Shown: positions 47,901 through 58,194, counted from the first letter of the stretch. The stretch: DNA of 64,000 nt from an uncultured Elusimicrobia bacterium (GCA_963702895.1 OY969767.1:2304001-2368000); one strand, 5' to 3'. Notes: a model not told the origin generated them from the letters alone. Program-made: numbers and translations.

Positions 47901-50900
47901 ATGCAAAGATCGCTCCTACAGTTTGTGGCCCTGGTGCTCGTTCAGTGTTTCCTGCTCGATCCTGCCTTGGCGCAGGTCTCGCCTCTAACTCCGGGCGTCT
48001 CACTGTCCATGCCCCAAGAGCTTTCGGTGATTGAGCACCAAGCGATTACCGCGCCCTTTGCCTTTTTTTTCCGTCGAAATAGGCTCAACGAACCAGCGGC
48101 TATCTCGCTCGTGGCTCAATTTCGAACCTACTGCGCGTCCGCCGTTACGCGAATTCGTCATTCTCCGAAACCGCGGACATCAGCTCCAGCGGAAGATCCT
48201 AGAGCCCGCCTGCATACGGCGTTTGACACGCAGGACGAAGCGCTCTTTAAGCAGGCGCGGCGGGATTTCGACGAGCGGGGAGAGGGGCAATTGACGGTTT
48301 TTTCACTCCACCCGATTACCACCTGGGGAGGCTCCTCGGTTTTGACCGGAGCCGCCCTTAAGGATCAGCTGGAATCGATTTGCCAGCTCATTCCGGCCAC
48401 CAATCCATACAACCGCTTGCTGCTGCGTAAACTCCTGATCTCCATTCAGTTCTGGTCCGGCACCTTTGGGGGTCCGAAAAACGTGGGCGGGTTTATCATT
48501 CAGAAGGGCCAGTTCATGAACTCCAACGGGATGAACGAAGAGTCTCTGCGCCTTACGGTGCTCGGACCGATCCATCGATTTGTGCCGATTTATTTGTTTA
48601 GCGGCGGAAACAGCGGGTATCAGCCGGCTTTTCAATCCCACTCTTCAGGGATTGAAGTTATCATCCCCCTGGCCCACGATATTCGCGGGTCCAGGCCTCC
48701 GGACTGGGGCGCCGACGTGATCGACGTGTTCAGCGGCATCGGCGGATCGCGCAACCGGGTCGAGAGAATTTCCCTCCCCGATGGCCGGACCGCGATCCGG
48801 AAGACGACTCGGCTGGACGAAGAAGTGGTCCCTTCGAAACTCCGTGATGAAATCTCCTACATCCAACGGCTGCGGGCGGAAGGACTGACCACCCTGCCGG
48901 AGATCTACAGCGTCTCAGAATCCGAAGGCACGCTCAGTGTCGTGATGGAGGACTTTGAGCCAGAGGGATATTTTTCGGTCACCAACCTCTCCTACTTGAA
49001 TTCTGATCTGGAAACGCTCGCGATTTCAAGTTTGGCAATTTGGGATTTCGGGATGCATGTGTACAGAAGTCTATTGGACCCGCTCTATCGCCAGAACGTC
49101 GGCGAAACCCCGAGCGACTTTGTCGAGCGCTATCACCTTCGCAAGATTGATGAGCGCCTCGCGCAGGCTAGACAAAAAGCGCCAGTCCTGGACGAAATGA
49201 TCGATGCGCCGGTCGTCAGGGCACCGGGTATGTCGGGGGAAGAAGCCTATCTTCCCGGGTGGGCCGCGCTGCGCCCCTTTCTTGTCGCGATCGCGGGCAC
49301 CGGGCTATTGTCCCCGCCTTATCTTGCGCGGGATCATGGCGATCTCAATTTCGGTGATATCCTGATGGATCCTCTGGAGTATGCCCGCGATGGGAAATTC
49401 CAAACCTTTCGGCTGATCGATCCGAAGTATTACCCCGAAGGCAATGACTATCTTTACGATTTTGCCAAGCTCCTGCATCACTTTGTGTCACTATATGATC
49501 TCGGCCGATTTGATCCGGTTTTTGAGATGCGGGCCATGAACCGCGGGCAGTCAGGGCGCGTCCCTCATTTTAGGATCGAAGTGGATGACGAGGGCTCCAT
49601 GGTTCCCTTCCGCCTGAGCATGGAAATGCGCCAGCACTTTATTCGCTGGCTCGAGGGATCGCCTGACTTCTTTGGGTTGGAGCAGGGCGCCGACTGGAAA
49701 ATTCGTCTCCTGTTCACGGTCGGCCTTCAAATGGCAGGTTTGCCTCCTTTTCACCTGCGGCATAACGGCATGGAATCGCCTGCACGAACGTTCTATCTGA
49801 TCTCGCTCGCGTTCCTTTATCCGCTGGTCGATCTCATCCTGACGGGCGACTATGATCAGACCGTGCTGCGAAAGATCGACCCGGCCATCCGCTCCGCGTG
49901 GGTTCAACTGAAGATGCAGGTGGAAGAGGCCCGTGATGCGGATACACTAGACGATATCTTATCCTCCAAAAACCCGGTCCCCGCGCTGCGGGAGTTTCTG
50001 TCGAAACAGCGCCGCGCTCCCATGTTCATGCCGGCCTATCTGGGCCGCCTGGCGAGAGCTCTCTCGCCTGAACAGGTCGATGTTTTGAGCCGCTGTCTGT
50101 TCGAAATCGTGACCGGTCAATCACCAAGCGATTATGCCGCCGCCCTACCCGCTCCAGGAACGAGGCCCGCGAACCAATCGGTCTCGGAGGAGGGACTTCC
50201 CCGCATCGCCACGTTGACCCCCAATCCCGTCCTTGTCCTAACCGTTGATTTCAATCATTTCCCAGGCTCCGGTGCGTCGCGCGATACCAGGCCCATACTT
50301 CTTGAACCCAGCGGCAAAGCCCTCAATATGTCTGTGGAATTACACCAATGGGGCGTATGCCCGATAACTGTGGCGCCCGTTGGAGGGGCCATGGGTCAGA
50401 TCATCAGGACGCTCCTGGAATTCCAAGGGGTCGATACACGGGGGCTTGTACCGATTGAGGGCGAATCCCGGCTTTACCTGATCTTAGAGGCAAGCCCCGG
50501 AAATCATGTTGAGATCTTCGGAGCAGGGCCTCGCGTTCCCTCGGAGGTGCTCCAGCAGATGCGGGAGACACTCTGGGAATCCTTACAGCCGGGCGATTTC
50601 CTTTTGCTGGGAGGAAGCCTACCGAAGGGCGCTCCCGACGACTATTATGCGACGGTGATCCAGGAAGCCAAAGCGCGTGGCATAAAGACCTATCTCGATA
50701 CGCGGGGGGCGGCCCTGCGGCCCGCGATCGAGGCCGCGCCCCATTTTATCGGCGTCAACCTCCTTGAGTTTTCAAGCTACCTGGGTCATCCCTTGACGTC
50801 CTTGGAGGAAAACAAAGAGGAAATTCTTGCCGCGCTCAAACGGCTGGTGGCCCGCGGTACGGATATCGTGGTCATCAGTCATGAAAGCGAGGGGATGATC

Positions 50901-52106
50901 ATGGCCACACGGGACGGCGCCTGGATCGCTCATCCGCCCGCGGTGACGCTCGTTTCTCACACCGGAGCGGGGGACACTATTAAGGTCGCTTTCAGCTACA
51001 GTGAGCGCCAGGGGGCCACGATCCTTGACGCCTTGCGGCTAGCTGCGGCCGCCAGCGCCATCTCTGTGACGAAGCCCGGGACGGGCCTTGCCGGCCTGGA
51101 AGAAGCCCAGCAGAAGCTGGGCGAGGTGACGATCGAAGCCCTTGAACAGGGACCCCCAAGTAAACGGGTGGCGATCATCGGCGCCTCCGCGTTCCTGGGA
51201 AAGAAGATCGATGCGACACTGCGCCGTCGGGGTATGGACGTTATCGGCACCGCATTTACAAAGCGAGGGGATGTTCAACTCGATGTGACGCAAGCCGCTG
51301 ATGTAAAGGCATTCCTGGACAAGGAACAACCCGATGTCGTGATTTATGTGGCCGGAGAGACTGATCCTGAAAAAGCCGAGGCCAATCGGCAAAGGGCACA
51401 CCTGCTCAACGCCGGAGCGCTCGATCACTTTTCCAATTTTAAAGGACAGTTTATTTACATCTCTTCCAATTACATCTTTGATGGGATAAACCCGCCCTAT
51501 GCCGCGGGAGATCCGCCTCGTCCTCTGAATATTTACGGGGAAACAAAATGGGAAGGTGAACAAGCTGCTCAGCGGCTATTTCCGGGCCGCTGCACCATTG
51601 TCCGATCGGATTTCCTTTATGGCCATAATGATGCCTCAGACAAACAAACGTTTATCCACCAGCTCGTCGCCGCTTTTCAGGAAGGCCGCCCGGTGGAGAC
51701 GGACAACGTCCAGGTCCGATCGCCGGTCCTGATTGACGATGTCTCCCGTGTGGTAGCGGATGCCATCGAAGAAGAGCGTTTAGGAGTGATCCAGGTCAGT
51801 GGTCCCGACTCCTTGACCAAATTCCAAATGGCCCAAATCGTCCGCGTGGTTTTTGATCGCCTTTACCCGCACGCCAAAGCCAGCACGATTTCCGATGGCG
51901 CTTCGGTCGATCTAACGCATCGTCCCCGCGATGCCAGAATGACGACCTCCTGGGCTTCCACGTCGTTTCGAGAAGCGCTTGAAACTTTGATCCCGCTCAT
52001 CGCCGGGGGCATCGCGGGAGGCCCAACGACGGACGCTCTCCTTGAGATCCTCGACCACCGCGGCGATGCCCCGCCGGGCCATGCCAAGCTCAGCCGAGCT
52101 GCCTGA
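47901..52106 (+). CDS. Signal-peptide-bearing multi-enzyme fusion: APH/choline-kinase-like + PfkB (1-phosphofructokinase-like) + RmlD-like SDR
   Basis: MQRSLLQFVALVLVQCFLLDPALA; HGDL, LIDP, YDFAKL; TLTPNP, SGKALN, GAGD; GASAFLG, YISSNYIFDG, YGETK. Confidence 0.82.
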   Translation: MQRSLLQFVALVLVQCFLLDPALAQVSPLTPGVSLSMPQELSVIEHQAITAPFAFFFRRNRLNEPAAISLVAQFRTYCASAVTRIRHSPKPRTSAPAEDPRARLHTAFDTQDEALFKQARRDFDERGEGQLTVFSLHPITTWGGSSVLTGAALKDQLESICQLIPATNPYNRLLLRKLLISIQFWSGTFGGPKNVGGFIIQKGQFMNSNGMNEESLRLTVLGPIHRFVPIYLFSGGNSGYQPAFQSHSSGIEVIIPLAHDIRGSRPPDWGADVIDVFSGIGGSRNRVERISLPDGRTAIRKTTRLDEEVVPSKLRDEISYIQRLRAEGLTTLPEIYSVSESEGTLSVVMEDFEPEGYFSVTNLSYLNSDLETLAISSLAIWDFGMHVYRSLLDPLYRQNVGETPSDFVERYHLRKIDERLAQARQKAPVLDEMIDAPVVRAPGMSGEEAYLPGWAALRPFLVAIAGTGLLSPPYLARDHGDLNFGDILMDPLEYARDGKFQTFRLIDPKYYPEGNDYLYDFAKLLHHFVSLYDLGRFDPVFEMRAMNRGQSGRVPHFRIEVDDEGSMVPFRLSMEMRQHFIRWLEGSPDFFGLEQGADWKIRLLFTVGLQMAGLPPFHLRHNGMESPARTFYLISLAFLYPLVDLILTGDYDQTVLRKIDPAIRSAWVQLKMQVEEARDADTLDDILSSKNPVPALREFLSKQRRAPMFMPAYLGRLARALSPEQVDVLSRCLFEIVTGQSPSDYAAALPAPGTRPANQSVSEEGLPRIATLTPNPVLVLTVDFNHFPGSGASRDTRPILLEPSGKALNMSVELHQWGVCPITVAPVGGAMGQIIRTLLEFQGVDTRGLVPIEGESRLYLILEASPGNHVEIFGAGPRVPSEVLQQMRETLWESLQPGDFLLLGGSLPKGAPDDYYATVIQEAKARGIKTYLDTRGAALRPAIEAAPHFIGVNLLEFSSYLGHPLTSLEENKEEILAALKRLVARGTDIVVISHESEGMIMATRDGAWIAHPPAVTLVSHTGAGDTIKVAFSYSERQGATILDALRLAAAASAISVTKPGTGLAGLEEAQQKLGEVTIEALEQGPPSKRVAIIGASAFLGKKIDATLRRRGMDVIGTAFTKRGDVQLDVTQAADVKAFLDKEQPDVVIYVAGETDPEKAEANRQRAHLLNAGALDHFSNFKGQFIYISSNYIFDGINPPYAAGDPPRPLNIYGETKWEGEQAAQRLFPGRCTIVRSDFLYGHNDASDKQTFIHQLVAAFQEGRPVETDNVQVRSPVLIDDVSRVVADAIEEERLGVIQVSGPDSLTKFQMAQIVRVVFDRLYPHAKASTISDGASVDLTHRPRDARMTTSWASTSFREALETLIPLIAGGIAGGPTTDALLEILDHRGDAPPGHAKLSRAA

Positions 52107-52155
52107 TTCATTCGATTGAAAGACGCCTTAACAGCTGCTTTGCGGAGTTCGTAAC

Positions 52156-53514
52156 TTAGTTGCCAGCGTCCCCTAGGGTGTATTTGCTGACGAAAGCTTC
52201 GGAGAGTTTGTGGCGGCGGAGCTTGCGGACTGAGATTTGGAGCCCTTCTGCGCGCAGGGTTTCACCCTTGGCGATGAGGCGCCCCATGATTTGGTTGCAC
52301 CAATCGGCCAGACGAAGGTTTTTGGGGGCAGCAAAGGTGGGAGACCAAGGCACTCCGAGGCGTGAAGCCACGGCGGTGATCGGCACCCCTCCGCCCATAA
52401 TCCAGCCCCCCGAGGTGGGATGGGTATGCAGGGGCAGCGAGTCCTCTTCGTCCTCAATATCGCCGACCAGCTCTTCGATAATATCCTCAAGCGTCACCAG
52501 GCCCAGCACCTTTTCGTCTTCGCTGATGACCAGTGCGATATGGAGTTTTTCCCGCATCATCTGCTCGAGCACCTGCGAGATGGGCAGGTCGGCCCGTAGG
52601 CGCTTGATGGGGCGGGCAATCCCCTGGACCGTGGGGGTCGCGGCATGCATTTTAAGAGCGCTGACCAAATCTTTGAAGGTGATGTAGCCTTCAATCGTCT
52701 GGGCGTCATTTTCGACTGAGCAAATGGGGAAGCGCGTGTGAAGATCCATGTGCGCTCGGAGAAGGCCCTCGGTTAAACTGAGATGGGATGGCACCATGGA
52801 GATTTCCGACGCAGGGATGGTGATGGCTTTGATGGGGCGGCGTGAGAGCTGGGCGGCCGCGAGCACAATTTTCTCCTCTTGAGCGCCCATGAGCCGCTGC
52901 GTCCTGGCCAGGGACGCCGCCGCCTCCAGTTCATGGAGGCCATGGAGATCGCCAAGCTCGCGTTCCTTCGCCTTAAAGAAAAATCGTTCCAGTCTCAGGA
53001 AGAATTTGACGCACGCCTCGAAGAGATACGCGACAGGCCAAATCGCCCATGCCACGACACGCATGACGGGCGCAAGGCGCAAACAGACCCATTCCCTATT
53101 TTCCACGGCGAACACCTTCGGGATGAGCTCTGCGAAGATGATGGTGAACGCGCTCAAGGGAATAACAATGCCGACAATCGCGACCGCGCGGGCCAGGCCA
53201 TGGGAAAAGCCTAAAGCCTCCTTGAGCCATGGCGCGACCACCTCCTGGACACCCGCCCCTCCTGTGGCGGCGGCAACAGCCCCCGCCACGGTAATCCCAA
53301 TCTGGATCACCGCGAGGCTCGCCTCGAAACGTTCTTTCATGTAGAGCGCCGACGCTGCGCCGGCTCGCTTGTGGTTGGCCAGCACTTGAAGACGGGCCGT
53401 GGAAATAGACGCCAGGGCCATCTCAAAGGCGGCGAGCAGCGCATTGAGAGCGAGCATCGCCCCGATCACGAGGACTTCGTAGCTGTAATTCATGAAGGGT
53501 GTTTCGCCTCCCAT
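52156..53514 (-). CDS. Hemolysin-family CNNM/CBS/CorC domain protein
   Basis: EMALAS, ELIPK, TRFP, GLVTLEDIIEELVGDIEDE. Confidence 0.92.
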   Translation of the reverse strand: MGGETPFMNYSYEVLVIGAMLALNALLAAFEMALASISTARLQVLANHKRAGAASALYMKERFEASLAVIQIGITVAGAVAAATGGAGVQEVVAPWLKEALGFSHGLARAVAIVGIVIPLSAFTIIFAELIPKVFAVENREWVCLRLAPVMRVVAWAIWPVAYLFEACVKFFLRLERFFFKAKERELGDLHGLHELEAAASLARTQRLMGAQEEKIVLAAAQLSRRPIKAITIPASEISMVPSHLSLTEGLLRAHMDLHTRFPICSVENDAQTIEGYITFKDLVSALKMHAATPTVQGIARPIKRLRADLPISQVLEQMMREKLHIALVISEDEKVLGLVTLEDIIEELVGDIEDEEDSLPLHTHPTSGGWIMGGGVPITAVASRLGVPWSPTFAAPKNLRLADWCNQIMGRLIAKGETLRAEGLQISVRKLRRHKLSEAFVSKYTLGDAGN

Positions 53515-53993
53515 TGTCTGAGGATAGCATTCTGGCGTTTAAACATGCGCCTCCGGGGGCGTGGTTGATAGTCTGTATAGCCAAGAAGATGGAGAACGCC
53601 ATGGATCAGCAAGAGTCGCATCTCGCGCTTTAAGGAATGGCGCATTTTTTTCGCTTGAAGCGCTGCCTGGTGAACGTTGATGGCAAGGTCGCCAAAAAGG
53701 CCGTCCGACGTCCTACGTCCGACGCCATTCCCTTGATCTTCGACGTCGGACGTCGCACGTCGGACGACAAAGGGATCATTCCTAAACGAAATTACGTCTG
53801 TCGTACGGTCAACCCCACGAAACCGACGATTCAACTCTTGGATTCTCTTGTGGCCTGTCACATCAACCGCGAGTTCCGCAGGACCACGAAAGCCTTCCTG
53901 CTGGAGGACATAGGCAGCCAGGCACTTGTAATCGCTCGCCCGCAAGGCCCCGGAAGGCACGCGCGCGGACTTAAGAAGAGTGATGCTGGTCAA
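53490..53993 (-). CDS. ybeY: rRNA maturation endoribonuclease YbeY (start uncertain, TTG assumed)
   Basis: LNRRFRG..TDVISF, GDLAI, HGVLHLLGYTD. Confidence 0.9.
   Translation of the reverse strand: MTSITLLKSARVPSGALRASDYKCLAAYVLQQEGFRGPAELAVDVTGHKRIQELNRRFRGVDRTTDVISFRNDPFVVRRATSDVEDQGNGVGRRTSDGLFGDLAINVHQAALQAKKMRHSLKREMRLLLIHGVLHLLGYTDYQPRPRRRMFKRQNAILRQWEAKHPS
53702..53766. repeat. Family C heptamer inverted array, in frame within ybeY
   Basis: Right arm is the exact reverse complement of 26 nt of the 2798/22459 copies. Confidence 0.85.
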
Positions 53994-55500
53994 GTGGGGA
54001 GGGAGGGGTTTCGGCTTCGGGCATCTCGGGATATTCGATCCGGACATGATAAATGGCGGACAGTGACGTCGCGAAACTGTCGATGATCTTGCGAAGGTCT
54101 CGCAGCGTAATGGGCGCCTCATCAAACTGGCCATCCATGAATTTTGCATTGACGATTTTTTCGACCAGGGTCTTCAGGCGCTCATAGGTCGGCTCTTCCA
54201 TCGAGCGGCTGGCCGCCTCCACCGAGTCCGCCAGCATCCCGATCACGGTCTCCCGCGAATGCGGCTTGGGCCCAGGGTACCGGAAAACCTCCGCGGGAGG
54301 GGTTTCCTCATCGCTTTGTTCCAGCGCCTGCATATAAAAATACTTGATGAGGCTGGTCCCGTGATGTTCCGGAATAAACCGTATCACCTCTTCCGGGACA
54401 CCATAGGTCCTGGCGAGGGCCACGCCGTCTTTGACATGAGAAAGAATGACGAGGCTTGAGATCGAGGGATTCAACTTATCGTGGAGCTCGGCCTTGTCCC
54501 GAACGCTGCGACGCATGGTCTGGTTTTCAATAAAGTAGTCAGAATGCTCGAGTTTTCCCACGTCGTGGTAATACATCCCGACGCGGCACAGAAGCGAGTT
54601 GGCCCCAATGGCTTCGGCCGCCTGCTCCGCGAGTGCGGCGACCAAAAGCGTGTGGTGATAAGTGCCTGGCGCTTCCATCATGAGGCGCCGAAGCAGCGGA
54701 TGGTTGAAATCTCCAACCTCCAGAAGCGTAATCGGCGTCACTCGGGAGAAGAAGGACTCCAGGATCGGCAAAAGGGCCAGCACCAGGATCACGCAGAGCG
54801 CCGCGTTGGCGCCCGCCCAAGCAAAACGATTCAGCGTCAGCGCCTTTCCCCAGTCATGAAAGAGGCTCAGACCATAGATACAAAGGCAGGTGACCCACAC
54901 GATATGGAAACCGGTGCGCAGGACATCGGAGCGGTGACGGACGTTCTGTGCCGCCAAAAGCGCCGTCATGCTGGAAAAGAACGCGACAAACATGGCATTG
55001 AAGGACAGGTTGTAGAGAACGCCGCAAAAGATGGAAAGCATGACGCCAATCAGGAAGGCCAGCCGAACGTGCAACAGGAGGGCCACCAGAATCGTGATTC
55101 CGCCGATGGGCACCCCGTATTGGGAAAAGCGCGGGATACGCTGACAAAGCTCGATGAGCCCGACGCCCAGGACCATGCAGAGGCCCATGAGGAAGACAGC
55201 TTCATCATCGTCGGCGAATTGCGGCAGGTCGACGCGGATATAGATCACAAAAAAGAGCGTGAGAACGGAAATGAGCCCGGCAAGCGCCAGCACCCGGGGC
55301 AGCGTGATCTCAATCTGGGGCAAGAGCAGCGCGAAGAGCACAAGCGCAGACCCCACCGTGACGATCGGCGTGGGGACATGCACTTGCCGAGCCAGAAGCG
55401 AGGAGGCCTCCTGGCGAGGATTTTTGTCCTGGGCGCGATTCACCCAGTCCAGGAGCGACTGGAGGATTCGTCGGAAGCCGTTCAACCACCATTTGACCAT
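53971..55500 (-). CDS. 7TM-HD (HDIG) phosphohydrolase, PgpH/YqfF-like
   Basis: APGTYHH, YYHDVGK, FIENQ, HHGT, YPGPKP, ADSVEAA. Confidence 0.9.
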   Translation of the reverse strand: MVKWWLNGFRRILQSLLDWVNRAQDKNPRQEASSLLARQVHVPTPIVTVGSALVLFALLLPQIEITLPRVLALAGLISVLTLFFVIYIRVDLPQFADDDEAVFLMGLCMVLGVGLIELCQRIPRFSQYGVPIGGITILVALLLHVRLAFLIGVMLSIFCGVLYNLSFNAMFVAFFSSMTALLAAQNVRHRSDVLRTGFHIVWVTCLCIYGLSLFHDWGKALTLNRFAWAGANAALCVILVLALLPILESFFSRVTPITLLEVGDFNHPLLRRLMMEAPGTYHHTLLVAALAEQAAEAIGANSLLCRVGMYYHDVGKLEHSDYFIENQTMRRSVRDKAELHDKLNPSISSLVILSHVKDGVALARTYGVPEEVIRFIPEHHGTSLIKYFYMQALEQSDEETPPAEVFRYPGPKPHSRETVIGMLADSVEAASRSMEEPTYERLKTLVEKIVNAKFMDGQFDEAPITLRDLRKIIDSFATSLSAIYHVRIEYPEMPEAETPPSPLDQHHSS

Positions 55501-55501
55501 A

Positions 55502-56437
55502 TCAGTGTGAGGGGAGGTCCTGTTGTTTTTCCCAATGCTCGTACGCTTGAAGAATGTCCTTGACGAGTGCGTGCCGCACAACGTCTTCCTGGGTCAAGTA
55601 AATGAACGCGATGCCAGGCACCCCGCGAAGAATATCGGGCAGACGGAGAAGCCCGGAGAGCTTCTTGGGTGTAAGATCGATCTGCGTGACATCGCCGTTG
55701 ACCAGCATTTTGGAATTGTGTCCCATGCGCGTGAGCAGCATCTTCATTTGCTCCGGGGTTGCGTTTTGGCCTTCGTCCAAAATAATGAAAGCGTTGTCCA
55801 GCGTTCGTCCGCGCATGTAAGCCAGCGGCGCGATCTCAATGGTCTCCTCGTCCCGGTAGAGCCTGAAGCGGTCCGGTCCCAGCATCGAATAAAAAGCGTC
55901 GTAGAGGGGCCTCAAATAGGGGTTCACTTTTTCGTAAAAATCTCCTGGCAAAAAACCCAACTTTTCCCCCGCTTCCACCACAGGCCGTGTGAGAACAATC
56001 TTGGAAACACGGCCCTCGCGCAGGGCGGCTAAAGCGCAGGCGACCGCAAGATACGTTTTCCCCGTTCCCGCCGGACCGATCGCGATCACCATGTCCTTCT
56101 GATCAATAGCCTCCACATATTCTTTCTGCATGGGGGTGCGGGGACGAACGGCTTTGCCGAGGCTGCTCGTAAAGGCGCTGGGGGCGTTGTCGGCTGAGAC
56201 GCCGCTCAGGAGGGATCCTCCTCCACCATCGCCCTCCCGAATCTGCTCACGCATCTCATCGAGGGCGATGAGCGCCTTGTCGACTTTGCCGGGAGAACCG
56301 CGAATGGAGAGCACCTCGCCCCGTCCAAAGATTTGAACCCCGTAGTTTTTCTCAAGGGACCTGAGGGTGTGGTCATTTTGACCAAAGAGCCTTAACGCTT
56401 CGTCCGCACCCTTCAGGTGGACTTTCTTCGTGACCAT
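55502..56437 (-). CDS. phoH: PhoH-family ATPase
   Basis: GPAGTGKT, LGFLPG, YMRGRT, DEGQN, GDVTQIDL. Confidence 0.95.
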   Translation of the reverse strand: MVTKKVHLKGADEALRLFGQNDHTLRSLEKNYGVQIFGRGEVLSIRGSPGKVDKALIALDEMREQIREGDGGGGSLLSGVSADNAPSAFTSSLGKAVRPRTPMQKEYVEAIDQKDMVIAIGPAGTGKTYLAVACALAALREGRVSKIVLTRPVVEAGEKLGFLPGDFYEKVNPYLRPLYDAFYSMLGPDRFRLYRDEETIEIAPLAYMRGRTLDNAFIILDEGQNATPEQMKMLLTRMGHNSKMLVNGDVTQIDLTPKKLSGLLRLPDILRGVPGIAFIYLTQEDVVRHALVKDILQAYEHWEKQQDLPSH

Positions 56438-58194
56438 TAAGGTAATTTAATGCCTAATTCACGCAGTTGTAAAGGGGAAACTGGAGAGGGGGCTCCGGAC
56501 ATGACATCCTGCCCTTTTTGGGTTTTGGGGAAGGCGATCACGTCCCGAATGGTGGGTTCGCCAGAGAGCAGCGCGACGAATCGGTCCAGTCCGAGGGCAA
56601 ATCCTCCATGCGGAGGCGCCCCAAACTCAAGGGCCTCCAGGAGGAAACCAAACTGGAGCTGGGCGGTCTCCGGCGGGATCTGGAGGAGCTTAAAGATGAG
56701 TGCCTGGTCCTCCCTCCGGTGGATACGGATGCTGCCGCCGCCGATTTCTGTGCCGTTTAAGACAAGGTCATAGGCCCGCGCCCGGGCCTGGCCCAGATCC
56801 CTGCCCTCTCGAAGCGCCGGCCAATCCTCCGGGCGCGGGGCGGTGAAGGGATGATGCACGGCATTCCAGCGCTTGGCCTCTTCATCCCATTCAAAGGAAG
56901 GAAACTTTTCGACCCACAGGAATTTCCATTGCCCCTGGGGGATGAGCTTCTGCGTCTCCGCCATCCGCCGCCGCAAGAGCCCCAGGACCTTCAAGACAAG
57001 CGCAGGTTGGTCCGCGACAAAAAAGGTAATGTCTCCCTCCTGGGCTTTGGCTTTCTGTCGAATGGCGGAAAGCTCTTCCGGCTGAAAAAATTTGACAATA
57101 GGGGATTCCGGCGCCCCTGCGGTCCATTTGACCCAGGCAAGTCCCCGGGCGCCCACGGTATTGGCCCATTGCGTGAGATCGTCCGTCTCTTTCCGGGAGA
57201 AGGAGGCGCCCTTGGGCACGGTGATGCCGCGCACCGTTCCACCCTCCGTCACCATTTTGGAAAAAACCTGAAAACCGCAGGCCTTCACGATCTCAGAAAA
57301 ATCGGTCAATTCAAGGCCATACCGGACATCCGGGGCATCCGATCCGTAGCGTGCCATCGCTTCGTCATAGCTCATATGAGGAACAGGCCCGGGAAAGGGT
57401 TGGCCGGTCGCGGCCTGGAAGGCCTCCGCCATAAAGCCTTCGATCACGTTTTGGACGTCTGCTTCATCGACAAAGGACATCTCCAGGTCGACTTGGGTAA
57501 ACTCCGGCTGGCGGTCCGCTCGAAGGTCCTCATCACGAAAGCAGCGCACGATTTGGAAATACTTGTCATAGCCTCCCACCATCAGAATCTGCTTAAAGAG
57601 CTGCGGACTTTGCGGCAGTGCGTAGAAATGACCGATCGCAAGGCGTGAGGGAACGAGAAAGTCACGGGCCCCTTCGGGCGTCGACTTCGTGAGGAAGGGT
57701 GTTTCGATCTCGATAAAACCTTCTTTCGTCAGGTGGTTCCGGACCGCTTGCGCGATTTGGTGCCGCCGCAAGATATTTTTCTGGAGGGGCGGACGGCGCA
57801 GGTCCAGGTAACGGTAGCGCAGCCGGACTTCTTCCCCCGCCTCGGAATAGTCCGAGATCTCAAAAGGAGGCGGCTTGGAGCTGTTGAGCACCTCCAGATC
57901 CACCGCTTCAAGCTCGACATCGCCGGTCGCGATGTTGGCGTTGCGAGTGCCGGCGGGCCGCTCCGTGACTTTCGCGCGGACCTGTACCACGAACTCATTT
58001 CCCAGATTCTGGGCTTTTTCAAAAAGATCCTTGTTCTCCGGCCGAAAGACGACCTGGACCAGCCCCGTTCGGTCACGCAGGTCGCAGAAAATGACCCCTC
58101 CATGATCCCGGCGGCTATGGATCCAACCGCAAACCGTGGACGTCTGCCCGACATGGTTTTTCCGCAAATTCCCGCAATAAATGGTTCGTTTCAT
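56437..58194 (-). CDS. aspS: Aspartate--tRNA ligase
   Basis: RRDHGG, STPEGARDF, QSPQLFKQ, FRDEDLRADRQPEF, PPHGG..GLDR. Confidence 0.97.
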   Translation of the reverse strand: MKRTIYCGNLRKNHVGQTSTVCGWIHSRRDHGGVIFCDLRDRTGLVQVVFRPENKDLFEKAQNLGNEFVVQVRAKVTERPAGTRNANIATGDVELEAVDLEVLNSSKPPPFEISDYSEAGEEVRLRYRYLDLRRPPLQKNILRRHQIAQAVRNHLTKEGFIEIETPFLTKSTPEGARDFLVPSRLAIGHFYALPQSPQLFKQILMVGGYDKYFQIVRCFRDEDLRADRQPEFTQVDLEMSFVDEADVQNVIEGFMAEAFQAATGQPFPGPVPHMSYDEAMARYGSDAPDVRYGLELTDFSEIVKACGFQVFSKMVTEGGTVRGITVPKGASFSRKETDDLTQWANTVGARGLAWVKWTAGAPESPIVKFFQPEELSAIRQKAKAQEGDITFFVADQPALVLKVLGLLRRRMAETQKLIPQGQWKFLWVEKFPSFEWDEEAKRWNAVHHPFTAPRPEDWPALREGRDLGQARARAYDLVLNGTEIGGGSIRIHRREDQALIFKLLQIPPETAQLQFGFLLEALEFGAPPHGGFALGLDRFVALLSGEPTIRDVIAFPKTQKGQDVMSGAPSPVSPLQLRELGIKLP

